In this document: positions 19,727-27,053 of the stretch, piece by piece | Layout: every line of letters begins with the position of its first letter | Numbering within the stretch: the first letter of the stretch is position 1 | Assembly (NCBI GenBank): GCA_030620655.1 | Contig: JAUXEH010000002.1 | Coordinates: forward strand, 1 to 33,875 | Direction: 5' to 3' | DNA: 33,875 bases | Origin: Candidatus Aminicenantes bacterium | GTDB lineage: Bacteria; Acidobacteriota; Aminicenantia; Aminicenantales; Aminicenantaceae | The notes under the pieces: model-generated | What the model was told of the DNA's origin: nothing | Databases searched by the model: none | Seen by the model: the letters and a program-made list of their open reading frames with translations, nothing else | Translations under genes and position numbers: made by a program

Positions 19727-21299
19727 CGATATCGGCCTCATCTGGGGGGATCGCAGATCTTTTGATGATCTTGTTGAGCTCTTCCGGAGTCAAACCCGAG
19801 GAGGGCTTGACCTCGATATTCTGGGTTCTCCCGGTCGACGTGTCACTGGCCGAAACTCTGACCAGGCCGTCTGCGTCTATCTCGAAGCTGACATCGATCT
19901 GCGGGACGCCGGCTGGGGCCAGGGCGATTCCCACCAGGTCGAACACCGCCAGCGAGATGTTGTTCTCTGCGAAGTCGTCTTCACCCTGCAGCACGTGGAC
20001 ACGCACCCTTCGCTGGTTCGTCTCTACGGTGGTGAAGGGCATGGTTTTTTTGGTTGGGATCGTGGTGTTCTTGTCGATGATCTTGGTAAACCTCCCGTTT
20101 TCCGTCTCGATGCCGAGCGAGAGCGGGGTCACATCCAGCAGGACCACAAGATTGGTCATGTCACCCTGCAGGATGGAGGATTGGATGCAGGCTCCCATGG
20201 CCACAATCTCGTCCGGGTTGAGATGCTCGACCGGCTCCATCTTGAAAAACTCGGCGATCTTCTTCTTGATCAGAGGCATACGCGACTGGCCCCCCACCAA
20301 GATGATCTCGTCGATCTTATCCGGTTCTAGCTTGGCATCTTTCAAGGCTTGCTCGATAAACGGGAAGGTCCTGTCGACGAGGTCTCCGGTCAGTTTCTCC
20401 AGTTGCTTACGCGTCAGCATCTTCTGGATGTGCATGGAAGCATCCTCATCAGAACAGATAAAGGGAAGGTTGATCTCGCTCTCTATGGTAAAGGAAAGTT
20501 CCCTTTTGGCTTTTTCCGACGCTTCCTTGACCCTCTGGAGCGCCAGCTTATCCTCCCACAGATCGATCCCATGTTCCTGCTTGAAGTCCTCTATGAGCCA
20601 GTCTACGATGTGGTTGTCGAAGTCTTCTCCGCCCAGGAAGGTGTTGCCGTTGGTGGCCAGGGCATGGAAGATGCCGTCGTTTATCTCCATCAAGGTGATA
20701 TCGAATGTCCCTCCTCCGATGTCGTACACGGCAATGGTCTGATTGATCTTCTTGTCCAATCCATATGCCAGGCTGGCCGAGGTGGGCTCGTTGATCACCC
20801 GCAAGACATTGAGCCCCGCGATCCTGGCAGAATCTTTGGTGGCCTGCCGCTGGTGATCGTCGAAGTGGGCGGGTACCGTGATCACGGCCTGGGTGACGGC
20901 TTCACCGAAGTACGCTTCCGCGCATTTTTTGAGGTAGGCGAGGATCTTGGCGGAAATCTCCTGAGGTGTGATGGGCCTCTCGTCCACAATAACAATAACA
21001 TCGCCGTTTTTGGCCGCAGACAGGGCGTATGGAATCTTCTTCATGACCTTCTGAACCTCAGGCGAGTCATATTTCTTGCCCAGGAGACGCTTGATCGCCG
21101 ATACCGTGTTGGCAGGATTGGTGATGGCCTGACGGAGGGCCAGGTTGCCGACCAGCTCTTCCCCGCTTTGGGTGAAGCTGACCACCGACGGGGTTGTGGG
21201 AAGCCCCTCGAGGTTGGGGATAACCCTCGGCTCCCCGCCTTCCAGATATGCGACGCAGGAATATGTGGTTCCCAGGTCGATTCCGATCACATTGCTCAT
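19713..21299 (-). CDS. dnaK: Hsp70 chaperone DnaK, naturally truncated (no alpha-helical lid)
   Basis: Motifs GIDLGTTYSCVA and DIGGGTFD, linker VLLDVTPLSLGIET, and a complete beta-sandwich SBD. It ends about 25 aa after SSGLTPEEL, at 528 aa versus about 640 for typical DnaK. Confidence 0.9.
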   Translation of the reverse strand: MSNVIGIDLGTTYSCVAYLEGGEPRVIPNLEGLPTTPSVVSFTQSGEELVGNLALRQAITNPANTVSAIKRLLGKKYDSPEVQKVMKKIPYALSAAKNGDVIVIVDERPITPQEISAKILAYLKKCAEAYFGEAVTQAVITVPAHFDDHQRQATKDSARIAGLNVLRVINEPTSASLAYGLDKKINQTIAVYDIGGGTFDITLMEINDGIFHALATNGNTFLGGEDFDNHIVDWLIEDFKQEHGIDLWEDKLALQRVKEASEKAKRELSFTIESEINLPFICSDEDASMHIQKMLTRKQLEKLTGDLVDRTFPFIEQALKDAKLEPDKIDEIILVGGQSRMPLIKKKIAEFFKMEPVEHLNPDEIVAMGACIQSSILQGDMTNLVVLLDVTPLSLGIETENGRFTKIIDKNTTIPTKKTMPFTTVETNQRRVRVHVLQGEDDFAENNISLAVFDLVGIALAPAGVPQIDVSFEIDADGLVRVSASDTSTGRTQNIEVKPSSGLTPEELNKIIKRSAIPPDEADIDEQA

Positions 21300-21940
21300 G
21301 CTTCCTCTTTTTCCGGGCTTTTTCTCGGGAGCAGGACCTTGACCAGCGCGGGGCGCAGCAGCCGCTCGTGATGCATATAGCCTTTCTGGAATTCCTCTCC
21401 AACCGTAGGCTCATCCACTTCGTCGGACTCTTCGGTCATGAAAGCCTGCTGTATCCGCGGATCGAAAGCCGCGTCTTCGCAAACGATGGGCTGCACACCC
21501 TGCTTCTTAAGCAGGTCCTGGTACTGCTTGTATATGAGCTCGATGCCCTCTCTCAGGCTGTCACGATCCTCCCGGTTTTCGCTCTCCAGCGCTCGTTCGA
21601 AGTTGTCCAGGACCATCAGGAATTCTTTAAGCACTTCGCTCAAAGCAAACTGGAAATATTCTGATTTTTCCCTCTCCAGCCTTTTGCGCAGGTTATCTTT
21701 TTCTGCGGCCAGACGGAGGAAATCGCCCTTGAGTTCTTCCGCCTCCCTTCTCAGCTTCTTGACCTCCTCATCCCTCTTCTTCAGCTTTGCCCTCAGTGCC
21801 TTGTCCGCGGCCGCTTTTTTGGCCGCCATTACCTGGGTTTTCTTCTTTCCTTCTCTGGCTGGATCAGACAGGAATTCGATCTCGACATCCCGCTCCCGAC
21901 CCGCCTGGATATCCTGTTCGGTCTCGATCTTCTTTGTCAT
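21296..21940 (-). CDS. grpE: Nucleotide exchange factor GrpE
   Basis: 214 aa with a charged coiled-coil N-terminus and a GrpE C-terminal beta domain. GAGG SD is present. Its stop overlaps the dnaK ATG (ATGA). Confidence 0.9.
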   Translation of the reverse strand: MTKKIETEQDIQAGRERDVEIEFLSDPAREGKKKTQVMAAKKAAADKALRAKLKKRDEEVKKLRREAEELKGDFLRLAAEKDNLRKRLEREKSEYFQFALSEVLKEFLMVLDNFERALESENREDRDSLREGIELIYKQYQDLLKKQGVQPIVCEDAAFDPRIQQAFMTEESDEVDEPTVGEEFQKGYMHHERLLRPALVKVLLPRKSPEKEEA

Positions 21941-21948
21941 TTAGCCTC

Positions 21949-22998
21949 CTACCTGTAGCTTATGGTATGACTCAGCTGTTTCGCGATGCCGTCCACTAGG
22001 GGAATTATCTTCTTGTAAGGGATGCGCTTGGGCCCGATGATACCGAGAGAACCCAGGACCTGATGATCATACCCGTAATGGGAAAGAATGAGGCTGCAGT
22101 CGGAGATGTCCGGGATGTCCATCTCTGAGCCGATGACCACCTTGACGCGATCCAGGCTGATAAAATCCGACAGCAGCTTCGTCAGCTTGGCCTTATGTTC
22201 GAAGCTTCGGAAAAGGGATTTGAGCCGGTCCATATCGAACAGCTCGGCTTTCCCCAGCAGTTTTGACGTCCCCTGCAGGAAAATCTGGTTCTCATCCCGC
22301 TCCAATGCGAAATAGGCGCGCAGCAGGTTGGTCAGTTTGTGCATGGTATCTTCCACTCTCAGGCGATGCTCGGGGATCTCCTTGAGCAGGTAATCCCGCA
22401 CGAATTCCAGGTTCTTGCTCCGGAAATTTTCGTTGATATAACGAGAGGCACGATCCAGTTCTACCTGTGTGAAGTAATGGCGTGTCTCCAGCACCTCGTT
22501 CAGGACCATGTCGGAGGTGGTGACCAGCAGGAGCAGCACCTTTTCCTCTGAGATCTTGATAAAGCGGAGGTGCCGGAAATCGAGCCGTGAGACCCGGGGA
22601 GAGATCACAAAACCCATGTTATCGGAGTATTCCGAGAGGATGCGGGACGTCTTGTTCAACAGGGTATCTATATCGCCGGATCCAATCCCGAGCTGCTCTT
22701 TGGGGAAGGGGACGCTCCGCGCTCCCAGGAGGGCTTCTTCGAAGAGATAGTTGACATAGAACCTGAGGCCCCTGTCTGTGGGCACTCGGCCGGCCGAGGT
22801 ATGCGGTTGGCGGAGGTAGGCGTTCTTTTCCAGCTTGACCATGATGTTGCGTACCGTCGCCGAGGAAATGTCCAGCTCGCTTTTTCGAACGACCAGCCCG
22901 GAGCTTATGGGTTTACCGACCTTGAGGTAGTTCTCGACGATCACATAGAGTATGTGCCTGTCTTTTTCATGCAAAGCGGGATATTTCACCTGAACCAT
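21949..22998 (-). CDS. hrcA: Heat-inducible transcription repressor HrcA
   Basis: 349 aa with an N-terminal winged-helix region (ILYVIVENYLKVGKPISS). It is the first gene of an hrcA-grpE-dnaK-dnaJ arrangement. Confidence 0.88.
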   Translation of the reverse strand: MVQVKYPALHEKDRHILYVIVENYLKVGKPISSGLVVRKSELDISSATVRNIMVKLEKNAYLRQPHTSAGRVPTDRGLRFYVNYLFEEALLGARSVPFPKEQLGIGSGDIDTLLNKTSRILSEYSDNMGFVISPRVSRLDFRHLRFIKISEEKVLLLLVTTSDMVLNEVLETRHYFTQVELDRASRYINENFRSKNLEFVRDYLLKEIPEHRLRVEDTMHKLTNLLRAYFALERDENQIFLQGTSKLLGKAELFDMDRLKSLFRSFEHKAKLTKLLSDFISLDRVKVVIGSEMDIPDISDCSLILSHYGYDHQVLGSLGIIGPKRIPYKKIIPLVDGIAKQLSHTISYR

Positions 22999-23288
22999 TC
23001 CATCAGATTTATCCTGAATAATTCACAAAAAATGTCGTTGTTTCACGTAATATATGTAATATCAATGGGTTACATGAGTTTTTTCAGTGAGCACACAAAT
23101 AACTTTATTCTCCCAATGTTATATTCTAGCATAATCAACATTTTTTCCTCTCCGAGCGAGCTGATTTAACCATTTCTCTCGACTCGTGAATTATCCCGGT
23201 TATAGCACTAAATCTAAAAATATTCAACTCGCCATCACCCCTTGTTTAGTCGTTTCTTACTCTGGAAAAAGGGTAATAATAAGCCGCG

Positions 23289-23318
23289 CTGAAGGGGAGG
23301 CTACGAACCGCCCTTCAG
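23289..23318 (-). terminator. Hairpin overlapping the stop codon of the Memo-like gene (possible terminator)
   Basis: CTGAAGGG / CCCTTCAG form an 8-bp stem with a 14-nt loop. On the minus strand it is followed by a pyrimidine/T-rich stretch, but with no tight U-tract. Confidence 0.3.
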
Positions 23319-24121
23319 ACCACACGGATGCCGGCGTACCCCACGACAGAGCTGTAGTCGCCTGTGGCATCGCCCGAGGTCCGGTAGGCGATGAGCTCCG
23401 CCTGTTCGGCTCCCAGGTCGAGAGCTGCGGTCAAAGCGGCAGTTGTGGCTTGAAACCCGCACATGCTGATCTGTTCTCTCTGAACCACCTCATACAATCC
23501 CTTCGGGTCCAGGGCATTTATCCGGTCGATGGCCAGGAAGTCCTTCTCACGCGCCGTAGCTTCTTGCACCTGATGACTCATGTCTGTGCTGGCGACGATC
23601 AACACGGATCCCTCCTGGCGGCGGATGGCGGCCGCCACGGCGTGCCCCAACTCTTCCAGGTCGGGGAGAGAAGCAAAATACGTGCTGCTGATGGGGACGA
23701 TGGAAATCCCGGGATTCAGGTAGCTCAGAAACGGAAGCTGGACCTCGATCGAGTGCTCGCCCTGGTGGGCTTCGCTGTTTTCACTCAGGAGAGGGGTGTT
23801 TGCCAGGATCCGGTCTGCCAGTTCCGAGTCGATGGGGACCTCACCCAAGGGTGTTCCCCAGGCCCCCTCCCGCATCAGGGCGAAACGTGAGGTCATGGGA
23901 CTGTGGCTTGGGCCCAGCAGGACCACACGGTCCGGAATCTCCACCGAAGAGTACACGGCGCCTGCGACTTTGCCGGAATACATGTAACCCGCATGAGGTA
24001 CGATCACGGCGATGGCCGGGACTTTTTCGCTCGTTCGGTCGATCTTTTGAGATAATTCTCTGATGAGCGGCTCTTTCTGGCTTGGATAAAAATATCCTGC
24101 CACATGAGGTTCTCTGATCAT
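23315..24121 (-). CDS. Memo-like protein (AmmeMemoRadiSam system protein B family)
   Basis: Family-typical N-terminus IREPHVAGYFYP and metal-site motif VPHAGYMYSG. AAGGAGG lies 6 nt upstream of the ATG at 24121; the ORF opens with GTG at 24139. Confidence 0.85.
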   Translation of the reverse strand: MIREPHVAGYFYPSQKEPLIRELSQKIDRTSEKVPAIAVIVPHAGYMYSGKVAGAVYSSVEIPDRVVLLGPSHSPMTSRFALMREGAWGTPLGEVPIDSELADRILANTPLLSENSEAHQGEHSIEVQLPFLSYLNPGISIVPISSTYFASLPDLEELGHAVAAAIRRQEGSVLIVASTDMSHQVQEATAREKDFLAIDRINALDPKGLYEVVQREQISMCGFQATTAALTAALDLGAEQAELIAYRTSGDATGDYSSVVGYAGIRVV

Positions 24122-24144
24122 GACTCCCCTCCTTGACACACGAA

Positions 24145-25467
24145 TTATAGCTTGCTTCGGGCCTCTTGAAAAGCAATGTTAAAGGTTTTGAGTACTTCCA
24201 GGATGGGAAGGTAGATTTCACGCAGTACGGGGATATGCAGCCCTGAAAGGCCTATCTTTTTTTCCAGGATCAGTTTGGCGGCCACAGCCACAGGCATCCC
24301 GACCGTACGGGCCATGGCCGAATCGCCGCCGGGAATCCCGAAATCCACCATAATAGATTCGATCCTTTCTCGCCCGCCATTGGGATATTCCGCCTCAAAC
24401 CGGTGCTGCAGCACTACCATGTCCCGCTCCCCTTCCCGGTACTGAAGCTTGGCCTGCATGCGTGCGGCCAGGACCTGCAGGGCCGACTCCGCCTCGTCCG
24501 GGATGGGGGTATCTTCCAGAAGGCCGAGCCAGCGAAATCCCTCGACCGCCTGAACAAACTCTTCCGTGCTGAACCGGCCGCTCAGAGACTCCATCGCATC
24601 CCCACACGAGGGCATCCCCGATATCCGGATCAGGAGATCGCTGTGGGTCTCGCCCTTGGTACAGTGCCGATCATCGAGCAGGCCCAGGAGCCCCGCGGCC
24701 CGCATGAACGCACACCATCCCGGGTAGCGGAAGGTCCCTCGCAGCAGGGTCCGCGTGGAGGGGATGTTGTACAGGGAGACGTAAGGGAGGCAGTCCCGGT
24801 TGGGGTATCCCTCTAGCCTCCCGATGCCGGGCAGAGAGAACGGCCTCGGATCCTTGAACAGTTCCCCGGGCGGAACCGAGACTTCCTGCCCCTGTTCCAG
24901 GTAGCGTGCCGGGCTCCTGCTGGCCGCCAGTACGCCCATGGGGCTCCAGGAGAATTTGTATCCCAGCGGATTGGTGTTGGCCTCGGGTGCAGGCAGCCCC
25001 CCGCAAAACGATATAAAGGAACGGATGCATCCTCCCCTCGCCTCGACATCCTGAATGATCCGCATGGCTTCCATGTGGTCGATCCCCGGGTCCAGGCCGA
25101 CCTCGTTCAAGACCAGGATTCCCGCTCGATCGATCTCCTCCTCCAGTTCATGCATCCCGGGCGAGGCATAGGAAGCGGTGATCAGGTCTGTCCGGGCTTG
25201 TATACAGAGTTCCGCCACATGAGGATGATAGGTGAAGGGCAGCAGGCTGATGACAAGCTGGGCCCTTCCGATCTCCTGCAGTACCCCGGCCGTGTCCTCA
25301 AAATCCAGGGTTAGAGCCGTTCCTCGGGGAGATCCGGCCACCAGAGCTTGGGCTTTTTCGCCGGCCGCATCGGCAACCGTGACCCGGACCCCATGCTGCT
25401 TGAGGAGGAAATGCACCAGCGGGGATGCGACCATCCCGGCTCCCAGGACCAGAACCTTTTTCTCCAT
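24145..25467 (-). CDS. Saccharopine dehydrogenase (LYS9 / AASS C-terminal-domain type, glutamate-forming)
   Basis: 440 aa with N-terminal Rossmann motif VLVLGAGMVASP and overall saccharopine reductase architecture. GAGGAG SD is present. Confidence 0.82.
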   Translation of the reverse strand: MEKKVLVLGAGMVASPLVHFLLKQHGVRVTVADAAGEKAQALVAGSPRGTALTLDFEDTAGVLQEIGRAQLVISLLPFTYHPHVAELCIQARTDLITASYASPGMHELEEEIDRAGILVLNEVGLDPGIDHMEAMRIIQDVEARGGCIRSFISFCGGLPAPEANTNPLGYKFSWSPMGVLAASRSPARYLEQGQEVSVPPGELFKDPRPFSLPGIGRLEGYPNRDCLPYVSLYNIPSTRTLLRGTFRYPGWCAFMRAAGLLGLLDDRHCTKGETHSDLLIRISGMPSCGDAMESLSGRFSTEEFVQAVEGFRWLGLLEDTPIPDEAESALQVLAARMQAKLQYREGERDMVVLQHRFEAEYPNGGRERIESIMVDFGIPGGDSAMARTVGMPVAVAAKLILEKKIGLSGLHIPVLREIYLPILEVLKTFNIAFQEARSKL

Positions 25468-25493
25468 GATGTGGACTCCTCAGATCCTAACGT

Positions 25494-26810
25494 TCAGGTG
25501 ATGAACTCCCGCATATAGGCGTAGGTGGGTGTGAACTCTCCGCGATAAAGGATGACGGCCCTCCTGATCTCAGGCGGCAGGCTGCAGCTTTCGAATCCGG
25601 AATCATAGTCTGCCCGAGCCAGAAAAGGAACGATGCGCTTCAAGGCCTCTGAGAAATGGACCGAAGACTCCAGGGGGATCTCGGCGGGAAGGTTGTCGAT
25701 GGACATGACCACAACCCCCCTCCCCGAGTATCCGTCCCGGATGTCATCCGCAAGTGGATCGTAGACAAAAACCGGCCGATCCGGGGTCGTGGCCATGCGC
25801 GTGAACTCGACGGAACCGCCTACATCGCAGGAAATGTCCCCGATTACTCGAAGCCGGGGTTCCGTCTCACGGGAGAACAGTTCCCGGACAGAGGCGGAGG
25901 TGACGAAACGGGGGAAACGTTCCTCCCAATAGATGCAGTTGACCAGCAGGCTCAGATGGGGAAGATATTCAGAAAAGACCGGCCTGTAGCCCTGGGGCCG
26001 GTCATAGTAGTCCTGCAGTTCGAAGCGCGCGCCGTGAGCCACCGGCTCCACCAGGTGCTCCTCCTTGAACACGACCTTGTAGACCTTGTGGGCGGAAAAA
26101 TCCCCGCTCTCGACAAACCGGATCAGGTCCTGAGCAGGGATCTCTTCCACCGGAAGCAGATCGAAGATCTCCTGCGCCCCCTGGGAGGTTCGGCCGTAGC
26201 CCAGGAATCCACACACGAATGGGACCAATCCCGGTCCCAGGCCCTGCTCGTGAATAGTCCAGCCGACCTTCTGGATGACCTCTCTGATCTCGACCAGGCT
26301 TCCGTAGCGGTAAGGCTGCTCAATGCCCACGAACGGGGATGCGATTCCCTGGCATGTCAGCCGCTTCCCCAGGGCCGCCAGCGTCTCAACCATGCCGGCC
26401 TGGCCGGCCTGGATCCCGAAGAACAGAAGCCGCCGCCCCTCATTGTCAGAGATCCTTTCATAATCGATCAACGTGCAGCCTGATTTCTGCAGGCGCTTGA
26501 GCATGGGCCGGTTGTATTCCTGTCCCTTTATGGTATGTGAAAAAAAGACATAGACCTTATCGGGGGCGATCACGGCTTCCGGTATCTCCTTGATAGCCAG
26601 GATCACCTTGCAGTCGGACAGGGTTTCGGAGATCTCCGCCCCTTCCCGCTCATACTCCCGGTCCGAGAAGACTCGGATGTCCGAGGGCTGCACGCACATA
26701 CGCAGCTCCTGCCGTCGAATAAGCTCCCGGACATGAGTGGGCACCAGTGGCGCTCTCCTCTCCCAGGGATTTTTGTCTTCTCTTCGGATTCCGATGCAGT
26801 GGGATTTCAT
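25494..26810 (-). CDS. Lysine-ketoglutarate reductase-like protein (AASS N-terminal-domain type; AlaDH/PNT fold)
   Basis: 438 aa with strong colinearity to the animal/plant LKR domain: IRREDKNPWERRAPLVP, FFSHTIKGQEYN, LIDYE, IYWE. Confidence 0.82.
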   Translation of the reverse strand: MKSHCIGIRREDKNPWERRAPLVPTHVRELIRRQELRMCVQPSDIRVFSDREYEREGAEISETLSDCKVILAIKEIPEAVIAPDKVYVFFSHTIKGQEYNRPMLKRLQKSGCTLIDYERISDNEGRRLLFFGIQAGQAGMVETLAALGKRLTCQGIASPFVGIEQPYRYGSLVEIREVIQKVGWTIHEQGLGPGLVPFVCGFLGYGRTSQGAQEIFDLLPVEEIPAQDLIRFVESGDFSAHKVYKVVFKEEHLVEPVAHGARFELQDYYDRPQGYRPVFSEYLPHLSLLVNCIYWEERFPRFVTSASVRELFSRETEPRLRVIGDISCDVGGSVEFTRMATTPDRPVFVYDPLADDIRDGYSGRGVVVMSIDNLPAEIPLESSVHFSEALKRIVPFLARADYDSGFESCSLPPEIRRAVILYRGEFTPTYAYMREFIT

Positions 26811-26890
26811 GACATATATTCCATATCTACGGAAAGGGTGGATTATGGCATATCCGGCCCAAAATTGAAACCCATTCCAGCCGGGTGGGA

Positions 26891-27010
26891 AGCCGATGTC
26901 TTACAGCATTTCAGTGGATGGTAGGGTGGGTATCATAGTGGGGGCGGGTCAGCCGATGTCTTACAGCATTTCAGCGGATGGTAGGGTGGGTATCATAGTG
27001 GGGGCGGGTC
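26891..27010 (+). repeat. Exact tandem duplication, 2 x 60 bp, of a G-rich unit related to the 10663-10842 repeats
   Basis: 26891-26950 and 26951-27010 are identical except 26915/26975 (t/c). Confidence 0.95.
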
Positions 27011-27017
27011 GGTTGGG

Positions 27018-27046
27018 TTGACCGAGCTGATGATATTATCAATAAT
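27018..27046 (+). promoter_or_regulatory. Sigma70-like promoter TTGACC-N17-AATAAT immediately upstream of cysS
   Basis: TTGACC at 27018-27023, a 17-nt spacer, AATAAT at 27041-27046. The -10 box ends 7 nt before the cysS ATG. Confidence 0.4.
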
Positions 27047-27053
27047 TAGAGAC

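Noticed and set aside
19762-21371. Long plus-strand ORFs (326 and 340 aa) antisense to dnaK, and similar ones opposite dnaJ, alaS, the LKR gene and cysS
   Set aside because: Long antisense frames opposite hsp70 and other highly expressed genes are a known codon-bias artefact. These have no motifs and no ribosome-binding sites, and the sense strand carries strongly conserved proteins.
23086-23213. CIRCE-like half sites (TGAGCACAC near 23088, ATAGCACTA near 23202) upstream of hrcA
   Set aside because: Each matches only 7/9 of one arm, and neither has the complementary arm at the required 9-nt spacing. They were therefore not called as an HrcA operator.
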